Origin: an uncultured Collinsella sp.
Lineage (GTDB): Bacteria; Actinomycetota; Coriobacteriia; Coriobacteriales; Coriobacteriaceae
Assembly: GCA_902470815.1 (NCBI GenBank)
Contig: CABRHS010000007.1
Span: forward strand, 29,527-93,526
DNA length: 64,000 nt
Direction of reading: 5' to 3'
A program made the position numbers and the translations under genes. This document shows, one piece after another, positions 37,545 to 48,042 of this stretch; positions within the stretch are counted from its first letter, which is position 1, and every line of letters starts with the position of its first letter. A model generated the notes under the pieces. It was not told the DNA's origin. It did no database searches and saw only the letters and a list, made by a program, of their open reading frames with translations.

Positions 37545-38364
37545 CGGGGTTCAAGGCCCGGCGCGCCATGCTCTCGTCCATCCCGATGACGAGAGGCTCG
37601 TGCCCATGCGGTTGCAGCGTTTCCTGGCGCGCGCGGGCGTAGCCAGCCGCCGGGGTTCGGAGGGCCTCATGACGGCCGGCCGCGTGCGCGTGAACGGGGA
37701 GGTTCGCACCGAGCTGGGCACCAAGGTCGATCCGGCTGTCGACGAGGTCACCGTGGACGGCGTTCCCGTGGTCCTGGGCGCCGGCGCTGTGTACGTCATG
37801 CTCAACAAGCCCGCCGGTTTCCTCACAACAATGAGTGACCCGCATGGCCGCCCCACAGTCGCCGAGCTCGTGCCGCGCCGCGCGTTCCCCGGACTCTTCC
37901 CGGTCGGTCGCCTTGACATGGACACGACCGGCCTTCTGCTGTTCACCACTGACGGTGACCTGGGCCAGCGCCTGCTGCACCCCTCGCATCATGTTTGGAA
38001 GACGTATCGCGCAGTCGTCGACGGTCGATGCTCGGATGGCGACTTGGAGCCGCTGCGGCGCGGCATCACGCTCGACGACGGGCCCTGTCAGCCCGCCCGC
38101 TGCCGAATCCTGGACATGCGGTCAGCGGGGATCCCCGGTCGCTCGGCATGCGGTCCGCATGAGACTGCGGTCGAGGTCGTCATCCGCGAGGGCCGCAAGA
38201 ACCAGGTAAAGCGCATGCTCTCCAAGATCGGGCATCCGGTCATCGCCCTGCATCGCTGCCAGTTCGGCGAATTGAGCCTGGGCGATCTGCCCGAGGGCTC
38301 TTGGAGGGAGCTCACCAACGAAGAGGTCGCGTCGCTCAGATCCGCGCCGCGATCGGACGTATAG
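37534..38364 (+). CDS. rluB: RluB/RsuA-family pseudouridine synthase
   Basis: RLQRFLARAGVASRR S4 domain, FPVGRLDMDTTG, EGRKNQVKRM. Confidence 0.9.
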   Translation: MMPSGVQGPARHALVHPDDERLVPMRLQRFLARAGVASRRGSEGLMTAGRVRVNGEVRTELGTKVDPAVDEVTVDGVPVVLGAGAVYVMLNKPAGFLTTMSDPHGRPTVAELVPRRAFPGLFPVGRLDMDTTGLLLFTTDGDLGQRLLHPSHHVWKTYRAVVDGRCSDGDLEPLRRGITLDDGPCQPARCRILDMRSAGIPGRSACGPHETAVEVVIREGRKNQVKRMLSKIGHPVIALHRCQFGELSLGDLPEGSWRELTNEEVASLRSAPRSDV

Positions 38365-38373
38365 GAGGATTAC

Positions 38374-39054
38374 ATGATCATCGCCATCGACGGCCCCGCC
38401 GGCTCCGGCAAATCCACCATCGCTCGCGAGGTGGCCTCGAGGTTCGGCTTCTCTAAGCTCGACACGGGTGCCATGTACCGCTCCGTCGCCCTGACCGCCC
38501 TGCAGCGCGGCATCTCGCTTGAAGATGCGGAGGCGACCGCCCGGCTCGCGCGCGATATCCGCATCACCTTCGGGGCCGAGAGCCACGGCAACGTGTCCGT
38601 GTTCGTGGACGGGACCGACGTTTCGGGCGCGATCCGCACGCCCGATGTCGACCGTTGCGTCTCCGCGGCTGCCGCGAACCCCGGCGTCCGCGCGGCCATG
38701 CTGGAGCCGCAGCGCCGTTTCGCCGAGGGGCGCGACGTCGTGGCCGAGGGGCGCGACATCGGAACCGTCGTCTTTCCCGGTGCGGAGCTCAAGGTGTTCC
38801 TGACCGCCGACCCGCGCGAGCGCGCACGTCGCCGCGTCTTGCAGCGCCATGAGGGCCGCGAGATCGACCCGGCCGAGATAGAGGCAGAGGTCGAGCAGAC
38901 CCTGGCCGACATCGAGCGTCGGGACGCCCTGGATTCCAAGCGCGAGGCCGCGCCGCTCACCTGCGCGGAGGATGCCGTCCGCATCGATTCCACGAGCCAC
39001 ACCATCGATGAGATCGTCTCGATGATCGAGCACCTCATCGACGAGAGGAGATAG
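38374..39054 (+). CDS. cmk: Cytidylate kinase
   Basis: AIDGPAGSGKST, LDTGAMYR, EGRDIGTVVFP. Confidence 0.96.
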   Translation: MIIAIDGPAGSGKSTIAREVASRFGFSKLDTGAMYRSVALTALQRGISLEDAEATARLARDIRITFGAESHGNVSVFVDGTDVSGAIRTPDVDRCVSAAAANPGVRAAMLEPQRRFAEGRDVVAEGRDIGTVVFPGAELKVFLTADPRERARRRVLQRHEGREIDPAEIEAEVEQTLADIERRDALDSKREAAPLTCAEDAVRIDSTSHTIDEIVSMIEHLIDERR

Positions 39055-39055
39055 C

Positions 39056-39790
39056 ATGGCCGATCAGGTCGAGATCCCTCGCGACGCCGCGTCGCACTAC
39101 GACTGCCCCATGTCCGCGTTCCCCCTGCACGAGCGCGTCATCTACTCGATCGTCATGGCGGTGCTCTGGGTGTTCTCCAAGCTCATGTGGCGCTGGACGC
39201 TCGAGGACGCCGAAAAGCTGCACGCGGGCACGGGCGCCGCGTCGGTCATCATCTGCAATCACACCTCCATGGCCGAGGTCCTGCCCATCGTGACGAGCGA
39301 GTGGGTCGCCGGTCGCCGGGTGCGTCCCATCTTCAAATCTGAGTTCAACAAGACAGGCATCGTCCGCTGGGCATTCGCCCTGGCGGGCGGCATCCCCGTC
39401 GATCGCGGTGAGGCCGACATGAGCGCCCTTCGCGCGGCCCAGCATGCGCTGCAGCGCGGCGAGGACGTCCTGATCTTCCCCGAGGGCACGCGCGTTCGTG
39501 CTGACGACCAGCCGGTCGAGGTCCATGGCGGCTTCGCCCTCATCGCGCAGATGGGCAAGGCCCCCGTGTCGCCTATGGCGGTGTGCGGCTTCCGCGACAT
39601 CACCCCGGCGGGCAAGAAGCTCATGCGCCCCAAGAAGTGCTGGATGCGCGCCGGCGATTCCGTTTCTTTGTCCGACGCCCCCGAGGGCTTGAAGCGCCGC
39701 GAGCGGACGCAGTGGGTCGAGGACGAGTCCATCCGCCGGATGTACGAGCTCCGCGACGCCCTTCGCTCCGAGCACCCCGGGAGGTTTTAG
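39056..39790 (+). CDS. plsC: Lysophospholipid acyltransferase (PlsC-like)
   Basis: CNHTS..E, IFPEGTR. Confidence 0.85.
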   Translation: MADQVEIPRDAASHYDCPMSAFPLHERVIYSIVMAVLWVFSKLMWRWTLEDAEKLHAGTGAASVIICNHTSMAEVLPIVTSEWVAGRRVRPIFKSEFNKTGIVRWAFALAGGIPVDRGEADMSALRAAQHALQRGEDVLIFPEGTRVRADDQPVEVHGGFALIAQMGKAPVSPMAVCGFRDITPAGKKLMRPKKCWMRAGDSVSLSDAPEGLKRRERTQWVEDESIRRMYELRDALRSEHPGRF

Positions 39791-40642
39791 ATGGCGCACA
39801 TCGAGATCGAGGTCGCCCGTCACGCGGGCGTCTGCTACGGCGTCGAGCGCGCGCTCGGCATGGCCGAGAAGGCGGCCCGTGAGGCGGCCAAGCCGGTCAA
39901 CACGCTCGGCCCCCTCATCCACAACCCGCTCGTCGTGAGCGATCTCGAGCGCATCGGCGTCGGCACCGCCTCCAGCGTCGACGAGGTTGATGGCGGCACG
40001 GTCATCATCCGCGCGCACGGCGTCGTCCCGAGCGTCGTGGATGACGCCCGCGACCGCGGTCTCGACGTCCTCGATGCCACCTGCCCCTATGTCAAGAAAG
40101 TCCATAACGCCGCCGAGCGACTCGTGCGCGAGGGCTATCAGCTCATCGTGGTGGGGGAGAGCGGCCACCCGGAGGTCGAGGGCATCATGGGGCACGCCGG
40201 CGACGGCGCTCGCGTGGTCTCCTCACCAGAGGACCTCGACGGCATCGAGCTCGGCCGCAAGGTTGGCGTGGTCGTGCAGACCACCCAGACCCCCTCGGCG
40301 CTCGCCGCCATCGTCGGCGAGCTCTCCAAGCGAACCATGGACCTGCGCGTGGTCAACACCATCTGCTCCGCCACCCAAGAGCGTCAGGACAGCGCCGCCG
40401 AGCTCGCCCGTCGCGTCGACGCGATGGTCGTCATAGGCGGCAAGAACTCAGGCAACACCCGCAGGCTCGCCGAGATCTGCACCTCTGCCTGTCCGCGCAC
40501 CCACCATATCGAGGACGCCGCCGAGCTTGATGCCGCATGGTTTGACGGCGCGTGCCGCATCGGTGTCACAGCCGGCGCGTCGACTCCCGCCTCGCATATC
40601 GAACGCGCCCTCGACCGCATGCGCTCGCTTTTGGAGGATTGA
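39791..40642 (+). CDS. ispH: HMBPP reductase IspH
   Basis: GVCYGVERA, DATCPYV, NTICSATQERQ, TAGASTP. Confidence 0.96.
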   Translation: MAHIEIEVARHAGVCYGVERALGMAEKAAREAAKPVNTLGPLIHNPLVVSDLERIGVGTASSVDEVDGGTVIIRAHGVVPSVVDDARDRGLDVLDATCPYVKKVHNAAERLVREGYQLIVVGESGHPEVEGIMGHAGDGARVVSSPEDLDGIELGRKVGVVVQTTQTPSALAAIVGELSKRTMDLRVVNTICSATQERQDSAAELARRVDAMVVIGGKNSGNTRRLAEICTSACPRTHHIEDAAELDAAWFDGACRIGVTAGASTPASHIERALDRMRSLLED

Positions 40643-42045
40643 TGGCCGAGCGCGATTCGAACATGCCCTCGGTTCCCTCGTATGCGGGCACCGTCGCGCC
40701 GTACGCCCTTTCCTCGGAGCCGTCCTCCGAGGGCGCGACCGTCATCTCGGTCACGCCCGATTCTCCCGCATACGACATCGGACTCGAACCCGGCATGCGC
40801 ATCCTCGCCGTTAACGGCAAACCCCTCACCGACATGATCGTGTGGTTGTGGGAGACCGAGGACGTCGAGGCCGAGATCGAGGTTTTCGACCCGCGTGACA
40901 ACACGGTCGCCTCGGCGGTCATCGAGCGCTTCCCGGGCGAGGAATGGGGCGTCGATTTCGACGGCGTCGTCTTCGACGGGATGCGCACCTGCGTGAACGC
41001 CTGCGTCTTCTGCTTCATGAACATGTTGCCCAAGGAGAGCCGCTCCACGCTCACCATCCGCGACGACGACTACCGCCTGAGTTTCCTTCAAGGCAACTTC
41101 GTCACGCTCACGAACATGAAGGGCCATGAGGTCGAGGACGCCATCGACAAGATGCTCTCTCCCATGAACGTCTCGCTCCACGCCATCTCGCCGGAATGCC
41201 GTCGCAAGCTCATCGGGCGCAACGCCCCGCGCGGCATCGAGGTGCTCGAGCGCTTTCTCGAGGCGGGCATCGAGATCCACGCGCAGATCGTGCTCTGCCC
41301 TGGCATCAACGACGGCGAAGAGCTTCTCGCCACCCTTGAGTACGTCGAGGCGCACCCCGGCATCACGAGCCTCGCGATCGTCCCCCTCGGCTTCACTAAA
41401 CACCAGAAGCGCTTCACCTCGTCGTACTCCGACGATGTCGAGGCCTCGCGTGCCGTCGTGCACATGCTCGAGACGTTTCAGGCCCGCGCCCGCTCTGAGC
41501 GAGGCTGCTCCGTGTTCCAGCTCGCCGATGAGTTCTACATCGACGCGGACCTGCCAGTTCCGCCTGCCGAGACCTACGACGGATTCCCCCAGTTTTACGA
41601 TGGCATCGGCATGCTCCGCAGTTTTCTGGATGAGGTCGAGTCCGTGAGAGCTGCCAGGCCCGATGACATCGGTCGCGTCGCCGCGCGCCTGGGTGCTTTG
41701 GGTCGCAGGGCGATCATCGTTTCCGGCGAGGCGGCCCGCGGCACCTTCGGCTCGTTCTGCAATCTGTTCGAAGCGGGCCGCATCGACGTATTCACCATCA
41801 AGAACGAATACTTCGGCGGCAACGTGAACGTCACCGGGCTCATCTGCGCCTGTGACCTTCTCGGTCAGCTTCCGGCAGACCTCTCGGGTGTCGAGCTCCT
41901 CATTCCCGACGTGATGTTCAACTACGACGGCCTCACCCTCGACGGACTCACCCGCGATGCGGTCACCTCTGAGCTCGAGGGGCGTGGCGCCGTCGTTCAC
42001 TACGCCACTCCCGCGCCGAATCTCCTGCTCGACGCCTTGATGTAG
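40642..42045 (+). CDS. PDZ + radical-SAM-like DUF512 protein
   Basis: CVNACVFC (CxxxCxxC), DDDYRLSFLQGNFVTLTN; lies upstream of der. Confidence 0.88.
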   Translation: MAERDSNMPSVPSYAGTVAPYALSSEPSSEGATVISVTPDSPAYDIGLEPGMRILAVNGKPLTDMIVWLWETEDVEAEIEVFDPRDNTVASAVIERFPGEEWGVDFDGVVFDGMRTCVNACVFCFMNMLPKESRSTLTIRDDDYRLSFLQGNFVTLTNMKGHEVEDAIDKMLSPMNVSLHAISPECRRKLIGRNAPRGIEVLERFLEAGIEIHAQIVLCPGINDGEELLATLEYVEAHPGITSLAIVPLGFTKHQKRFTSSYSDDVEASRAVVHMLETFQARARSERGCSVFQLADEFYIDADLPVPPAETYDGFPQFYDGIGMLRSFLDEVESVRAARPDDIGRVAARLGALGRRAIIVSGEAARGTFGSFCNLFEAGRIDVFTIKNEYFGGNVNVTGLICACDLLGQLPADLSGVELLIPDVMFNYDGLTLDGLTRDAVTSELEGRGAVVHYATPAPNLLLDALM

Positions 42046-42138
42046 CCCCCTGCCGCAGGACGGGCGTATTTTCGCAAGGAGTTTCGTGAGCGAAGCGAAC
42101 CGCGCCTGAAGGAATTATGCCCGTGCGCGGCAGGGGGC
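42045..42138. repeat. Palindromic intergenic repeat, copy 2 (opposite orientation)
   Basis: Arms GCCCCCTGCCGC / GCGGCAGGGGGC; core is a reverse-complement homologue of 16615-16679. Confidence 0.8.
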
Positions 42139-42195
42139 AGAGGGTGCGTGCGGCATGCTAGAATTTCAGCAACTTTGACTTTCCAAGGAGAACCT

Positions 42196-43533
42196 ATGTC
42201 TCGTCCTATCGTCGCGATCGTCGGCCGCCCCAATGTGGGTAAATCGACGCTCGTCAATCGCATCGCACAGACCTCGGACGCCATCGTCCATCAGAGCCGC
42301 GGCGTCACGCGCGACCGCAGCTACCATGTTGCCGACTGGAACGGCCATGAGTTCATGCTCGTCGACACGGGCGGCATCGAGCCCATGAAGAGCGACGACG
42401 TCTTCGCCACCTCCATTCGCGACCAGGCCCTCGCCGCGGCCGAGGAGGCCGCCGTCATCCTGTTCGTCGTCGACGGCTCGGTCGGCGTCACCGAGGAGGA
42501 CGAGAGCGTGGCGCGCATGGTGCGCAAGCTCAAGAAGCCCACGTTCCTGCTCGTGAACAAGCTCGACAACCCCGCGCGCGAGAACGACAGCCTCTGGGAG
42601 TTCTATTCCCTGGGCGTGGGGGAGCCGGTGGCGGTCTCCGCCCTTCACGGCCATGGGACCGGCGACCTCCTCGACGAGGTCGTCGCCCTTCTGCCCGAGG
42701 ATGCGGGCGATGAGGATGACGAGCCCGACACGCTGCGCGTGGCCATCATCGGCCGCCCGAACGCCGGCAAGTCCTCCCTCTTCAACAAGATGATCGGCAA
42801 TGACCGCTCCATCGTGAGCAACATCGCCGGCACTACGCGCGATGCCATCGACACGGTCGTAGAGCGCAATGGCAAGCGCTACCGCATGGTGGACACCGCT
42901 GGCATCCGCAAGAAGAGCACCGTCTACGAGAACATCGAGTATTATTCCATGGTCCGCGGTCTGCGCGCCATCGATCGCGCCGACGTCGCGCTGCTCGTCG
43001 TCGACGCCTCCACGGGCGTGACCGAGCAGGACCAGAAGGTTGCCAATCTCGCCATCGAGCGCGGCTGCGCCCTGGTTGTTCTCCTCAATAAATGGGATCT
43101 TCTCAAGGATGACTACGAGCGCGAGGCCGTCATGGAGACGGTCGACCGTCGCCTGACCATGGCCCCTTGGGCGGAGTACCTGCGTATTTCCGCCATGACT
43201 GGTCGATCCGTCCATAAGATCTGGGACATGGTGGACGCCGCGGCAGAGCGCCGCGCGAGCCACATTACCACCTCGCAGCTCAACCGTCTGCTCACCGATA
43301 TGCGCGAATTCGGCCACACCGTCTCCGACGGCAAGCGTCGCCTCAAGATGCATTACGTCACGCAGACGGGGGATAAGCCCCCGGCGTTCACGTTCTTCGT
43401 CAACCACACCGACTTGGTGACCGACAACTACAGGCGTTACATCGAAAACCGCATGCGCGCCACGTTCGACTTCAAGGGCACCCCCATCCGTCTTCGCTTC
43501 CGCGCCAAGAAGAGCGACAAGGACAAGGAGTAG
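42196..43533 (+). CDS. der: Ribosome biogenesis GTPase Der
   Basis: Two G domains: GRPNVGKST and GRPNAGKSS. Confidence 0.97.
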   Translation: MSRPIVAIVGRPNVGKSTLVNRIAQTSDAIVHQSRGVTRDRSYHVADWNGHEFMLVDTGGIEPMKSDDVFATSIRDQALAAAEEAAVILFVVDGSVGVTEEDESVARMVRKLKKPTFLLVNKLDNPARENDSLWEFYSLGVGEPVAVSALHGHGTGDLLDEVVALLPEDAGDEDDEPDTLRVAIIGRPNAGKSSLFNKMIGNDRSIVSNIAGTTRDAIDTVVERNGKRYRMVDTAGIRKKSTVYENIEYYSMVRGLRAIDRADVALLVVDASTGVTEQDQKVANLAIERGCALVVLLNKWDLLKDDYEREAVMETVDRRLTMAPWAEYLRISAMTGRSVHKIWDMVDAAAERRASHITTSQLNRLLTDMREFGHTVSDGKRRLKMHYVTQTGDKPPAFTFFVNHTDLVTDNYRRYIENRMRATFDFKGTPIRLRFRAKKSDKDKE

Positions 43534-43536
43534 GGG

Positions 43537-44271
43537 ATGGACGGCATGAGTCGCTTCCTTGCCCTCGCATCGACCGAGATGCCCGATGCGAGCTGGTTGC
43601 CGCTGATTCTCGCCTATGTGGTCACGTTCCTCGTGTGCGGCATTCCCTTTGGTAAGATCTTCGCTCGGTTTTTCGGAAAGATCGATTTGCAGAAGGTCGG
43701 GTCGGGCAACATCGGAACCACGAACGCCCTGCGAGCCGGCGGCCCTAAAGTAGCGGTTCCGACGCTCATCTGCGACGTGCTCAAGGGCGTCTTCGGCGTG
43801 AACCTCGTTCGGCTGACCGTTGCGAACATGATCGGCATCGATTTCTCCGACGTGCTTGCCATCGACGGCGGCGCCGGGGTTGGCGACACCTTCCTCGCGA
43901 TTGCCGGCCTGGTGTGCCTATGCGGTCACATCTTCTCGCCCTATCTCCACTTCAAGGGGGGTAAGGGCATCGCGACGGGCGTGGGCGTGCTGTTCGGGCT
44001 CTCATGGCCGTTCGCATTGCTGCATCTCGGGATCTTCATCGCGGTGGTCGCCCTCACGCGCCTCGTGTCGCTCGGCTCCATCATCACCGTCCTCGCCCTG
44101 CCCATCACGGTTCCGCTGTATTTCGCAGCCGATAGCCTGGGCTTCAAGGTGGTCCTGTCCCTGCTCGGCCTCCTGATCGTCTGGGCTCACCGCTCCAACG
44201 TCAAGAAGCTTCTGAACGGCACGGAATCCAAGCTGTCTTTCTCTAAACGCGTCGACAAGATGGATGAGTAA
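43537..44271 (+). CDS. plsY: Glycerol-3-phosphate acyltransferase PlsY
   Basis: GSGNIGTTN, FKGGKGIAT, HRSN. Confidence 0.93.
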   Translation: MDGMSRFLALASTEMPDASWLPLILAYVVTFLVCGIPFGKIFARFFGKIDLQKVGSGNIGTTNALRAGGPKVAVPTLICDVLKGVFGVNLVRLTVANMIGIDFSDVLAIDGGAGVGDTFLAIAGLVCLCGHIFSPYLHFKGGKGIATGVGVLFGLSWPFALLHLGIFIAVVALTRLVSLGSIITVLALPITVPLYFAADSLGFKVVLSLLGLLIVWAHRSNVKKLLNGTESKLSFSKRVDKMDE

Positions 44272-45280
44272 CATGCGCATCGCACTGATCGGAACCGGCT
44301 CGTGGGGCACCGCCATGGCGGGACTCGTGGCAAGCCACGGGCATGAGGTCGTCATGTGGTCGTACGACCCCGAGCCCGCTGCCGAGATCAACGAGCACCA
44401 CACCAACTCCTGCTACCTCAAGGATTACGTCCTGCCGGACAGCGTGAGCGCCACCTCATCGCATCAGGCGGCCCTGGACGGCGCCGACGCCGCCATCTTC
44501 GCCGTGCCGTCCTCGTTCCTCCGCGGCGTCGCGCGCGACTGCTCGCCCTACATCGCCGGCGACCTTCCCATCCTCTGTCTCGCCAAGGGCATCGAGTTGG
44601 GAACCGGTCTGCTCATGAGCGATGTTATCGCGGGGGAGGTTGGCCATCCCGAGCGGATCGCCGCGCTTTCCGGCCCCAATCACGCAGAGGAGATCTGCCA
44701 CGGGGCCCTGTCCGCCTCCACCATCGCCTGCGAGAGCACCGAGGTCGGCGAGTACTTCAAGTCCCTCACGCTGAGCCCGACCTTCCGCGTGTACCTCTCG
44801 TCCGACATGGTCGGCGTTGAGTTGTGCGGTGCCATGAAGAACGTCATGGCCATCATCTGCGGCATCGCGGCGGGATCGGGCATGGGCGACAACGCGCTCG
44901 CCATGATCATGACCCGAGGGCTTGCCGAGATCAGCCGTCTGGTCCACGCATGCGGGGGAGAGGCCATGACCTGCATGGGGCTCGCCGGCATGGGCGACCT
45001 GATCGTCACCTGCACCTCGCACCATTCGCGCAACCGGACGTTCGGCGAGGCCTTTGCCCGCGGTGAATCGCTCGATGAGTACCAGGCCCGCCGACGTATG
45101 GTCGTCGAGGGTGCCGCCGCGGCCAAGAGCGTGAGCGAGCTCGCCCGCGCCAAGGGCGTCGACGTGCCCTTCACGTTCGCCCTTGAGCAGCTGCTCTATG
45201 GTGACCTCACCCTAGAGGGCGCCCTCGAGGCCCTGCTCAAGCGCACTCCGAGCGAGGAGTTTTACGGCCTCGACGAGTAA
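44264..45280 (+). CDS. gpsA: NAD(P)H-dependent glycerol-3-phosphate dehydrogenase
   Basis: GTGSWGTA, SGPNHAEE, GDLIVTCTS..SRN. Confidence 0.95.
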   Translation: MSNMRIALIGTGSWGTAMAGLVASHGHEVVMWSYDPEPAAEINEHHTNSCYLKDYVLPDSVSATSSHQAALDGADAAIFAVPSSFLRGVARDCSPYIAGDLPILCLAKGIELGTGLLMSDVIAGEVGHPERIAALSGPNHAEEICHGALSASTIACESTEVGEYFKSLTLSPTFRVYLSSDMVGVELCGAMKNVMAIICGIAAGSGMGDNALAMIMTRGLAEISRLVHACGGEAMTCMGLAGMGDLIVTCTSHHSRNRTFGEAFARGESLDEYQARRRMVVEGAAAAKSVSELARAKGVDVPFTFALEQLLYGDLTLEGALEALLKRTPSEEFYGLDE

Positions 45281-45388
45281 GCCCGGGACCCGGCCGGGTA
45301 CGGCCCTCTCCGGGCTCGCCCGTGTCCTGAGCAGACTTGGCCCACACGTCAGCAAACCGCATATCAACCCCTTTGAAAGGAACGCGCC

Positions 45389-46069
45389 ATGTCAGACTCA
45401 ATCCAGATCTCACCTTCGATCCTCTCAGCCGATATGGCGCACCTCGCACGCGACCTCGAGCGCATCTCAAACGCCGACCTTATCCACGTGGACGTGATGG
45501 ACGGGCATTTCGTCCCGAACCTGAGCTACGGCACGGCGATCGTGAGGGCCTGCAAGACCGCGACGGACATCCCGCTCGACGTGCACCTCATGGTCTCCAA
45601 TCCCGATAACACGGTGGACTGGTACATCGATGCGGGCGCGGACATCATCACCGTGCATTACGAGGCCTCCACGCACCTGCATCGCACCATCGCCCACATC
45701 AAGGAGCGCGGCTGCAAGGCGGGCGTCGTGCTCAACCCCGCCACTCCCGTCGCGGTCCTCGAGGACATCATCGACGACCTCGACATGGTTCTCCTCATGA
45801 GCGTGAACCCTGGTTTCGGCGGGCAGAAGTTCATTCCCCGCACGCTCGAGAAGCTCTCGCAGCTCCGCGCCATGTGCGAACGTCGCGGGGTCTCGCCGCT
45901 CATCGAGGTCGACGGTGGCGTGGGCGAGGGGAATGCCGAGGGCATCGCCCGCGAGGGCGCCACGGTCCTCGTCGCCGGTTCCGCGGTCTTCGGCGCGACT
46001 GACCTCGCTGCGGCTGTGGATGCGATCCGCGCCGCCGGCGAGCGCGGGCGCGCCCAGATGGGCGCGTGA
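45389..46069 (+). CDS. rpe: Ribulose-phosphate 3-epimerase
   Basis: HVDVMDGHFVPN, MSVNPGFGGQ, EVDGG. Confidence 0.96.
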   Translation: MSDSIQISPSILSADMAHLARDLERISNADLIHVDVMDGHFVPNLSYGTAIVRACKTATDIPLDVHLMVSNPDNTVDWYIDAGADIITVHYEASTHLHRTIAHIKERGCKAGVVLNPATPVAVLEDIIDDLDMVLLMSVNPGFGGQKFIPRTLEKLSQLRAMCERRGVSPLIEVDGGVGEGNAEGIAREGATVLVAGSAVFGATDLAAAVDAIRAAGERGRAQMGA

Positions 46070-46072
46070 TCT

Positions 46073-47239
46073 ATGGTCACCTCAGCGTACGTGAACCTGG
46101 ATTACGCCGCCTCGACCCCCATGCGGCCCGAGGCCATTCAAGCCCAGGCGGATTACGACTCTTCCGAGCTGGCCGGCGTGAACCCAAATTCACTTCACTC
46201 CCTGGGGCGCCGCGCGTCCATTCGGTTGGAGGAGTGCCGGCGCTCGATCGCGCGCAGCATGGGCGCGCGCGTCCGCTCGAGTGAGGTCATTTTCACGGGT
46301 GGCGGCACCGAGGCCAACGTGCTCGCGCTTTTGGGGATTCCCGAGGGCGTAAGGGAGCGTGACCGCAAGCGCGACCGCGTCATCGTGTCCGCAATCGAAC
46401 ATGACTCCATCCTCGACAACCTCCCCCTGCTCCGCGCCGCCGGCTTCAGGGTGGACCTTGTCAAACCGGATAGGACCGGTCGCGTTACCCCGGTGGCTCT
46501 TGAGGGCCTCATGGGGCCCGATGTCGCGCTGGTTTCCGTCATGGCGTCCAACAACGAGACCGGCGTCGTGCAGCCCATCGGCGATCTGGCTGATATTGCC
46601 CACGCCAATGGCGCCCTCATGCACACGGACGCCATCCAGGGCTGGCTCCACATTCCCCTCGATGTCGGAGACCTCGGTGTCGATGCCCTGTCGATCGCGG
46701 GGCACAAGGTGGGCGGACCGGTGGGGCTGGGGGCCTTGTACCTCAAGACGCGCACGCCGATCCGTCCTCGCTCGCATGGAGGGGGGCAGGAGGCTGGGCT
46801 CAGGTCAGGCACGCAGGATCTCCGCGCCGCTGTCGCTCTGGCGGCCGTCGTCGACGCCCTCCGCCCGCAGGTCGAGTGTCATCGCACGCGGCTATCCGCC
46901 GCGGCCGACGCGCTGTACGCCCGCCTTTGCTCCCATCCGCGCATTCACGCCACGATGGGCGACTGGACCGAGGTCGACCGACTTCCCGGCATAGTGAGCC
47001 TGTATGTCGACGGCATGGACTCCGAGGAGCTCATCCTTCAGCTCGATGGGCGCGGGTACGAGGTCTCGGCCGGCAGCGCCTGCTCGAGTGGCAGCCTCGA
47101 CGCGAGCCACGTGCTCCGCGCCATGGGCATACCGCGTGAGAGCGCTCTGGGTTCACTCAGGGTCTCGTTCGACGACCGCCTGCCGTCCGGCGCACTCGAC
47201 TCGTTCGCGGATGCGTTGCTCGAGGTGGTGGGGGAATGA
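46073..47239 (+). CDS. Cysteine desulfurase (IscS/NifS-like)
   Basis: LDYAASTP, GHKVGGP, SAGSACSS. Confidence 0.9.
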   Translation: MVTSAYVNLDYAASTPMRPEAIQAQADYDSSELAGVNPNSLHSLGRRASIRLEECRRSIARSMGARVRSSEVIFTGGGTEANVLALLGIPEGVRERDRKRDRVIVSAIEHDSILDNLPLLRAAGFRVDLVKPDRTGRVTPVALEGLMGPDVALVSVMASNNETGVVQPIGDLADIAHANGALMHTDAIQGWLHIPLDVGDLGVDALSIAGHKVGGPVGLGALYLKTRTPIRPRSHGGGQEAGLRSGTQDLRAAVALAAVVDALRPQVECHRTRLSAAADALYARLCSHPRIHATMGDWTEVDRLPGIVSLYVDGMDSEELILQLDGRGYEVSAGSACSSGSLDASHVLRAMGIPRESALGSLRVSFDDRLPSGALDSFADALLEVVGE

Positions 47240-48042
47240 GGGTGCAAGAGCTCGCCGACGAGCTTCTCCGCATGTTCCCCGCCGCCGACGCCGAGTCTTG
47301 GGACCGCGTGGGCCTTTCCGTCGGTAACCCCGAAGCCGAGGTTACGCGGGTCGCATGTGCCCTGGATGCGACGGTTGAGTCCATTCTGGCGGCGCAGGGT
47401 GCCGGTTGCGACGTCCTGCTTGCCCATCACCCGGTGAGCATATCGCCGCCCGATCTGCTCGCGCCCGCCGCGCCTGCGCGCCCATCCGCCTCGGCGGCCA
47501 TGTACGAGGCCGTCCGGCGCGGCGTCTCCATCGTGTCTCTGCACACCAATCTGGACCGGTCTCGTGTGGCGAGGGATGCGCTTCCCGCTCTTCTGGGCCT
47601 CTCGGCTGATTCCTCGCTCGAGTTCCCGGACGAGCCGGCTCGATGCGGCCTGGGCTCCGTCTGCCCCATCGAGCCATGCCCCCTCGAGGACCTCGCCTCC
47701 CGCGCTGAGCGCGCGTTTGCCACGAGAGCACGGGTCTGGGGCAACAGGGCCGCGATCGTCCGGCGCGTCGCCTTCATGGGCGGCTCTCTGGGTGACTTTG
47801 GGGACCTCGCGATCGACGCGGGTTGCGACTGCGTGATCGCGGGTGAGCTGGGGTACCACCGTGCGCAGGATCTGTTCCTGCGAGGCCTTTCCGTGATGCT
47901 GCTCGGCCACGATCGGTCCGAGCAGCCGTTCTGCAGCGTGTTGGCTGATGCCGCCACCCAAGCCGGCATCGCTCGCGACTGCATCCACATCATCCCGCTC
48001 CCAACGCAATGGTGGGAGCCCGTTCAAGGAGGACATTCATGA
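47236..48042 (+). CDS. Nif3-like dinuclear metal centre protein
   Basis: AESWDRVGL, AHHP, HTNLD, GHDRSE. Confidence 0.9.
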   Translation: MRVQELADELLRMFPAADAESWDRVGLSVGNPEAEVTRVACALDATVESILAAQGAGCDVLLAHHPVSISPPDLLAPAAPARPSASAAMYEAVRRGVSIVSLHTNLDRSRVARDALPALLGLSADSSLEFPDEPARCGLGSVCPIEPCPLEDLASRAERAFATRARVWGNRAAIVRRVAFMGGSLGDFGDLAIDAGCDCVIAGELGYHRAQDLFLRGLSVMLLGHDRSEQPFCSVLADAATQAGIARDCIHIIPLPTQWWEPVQGGHS

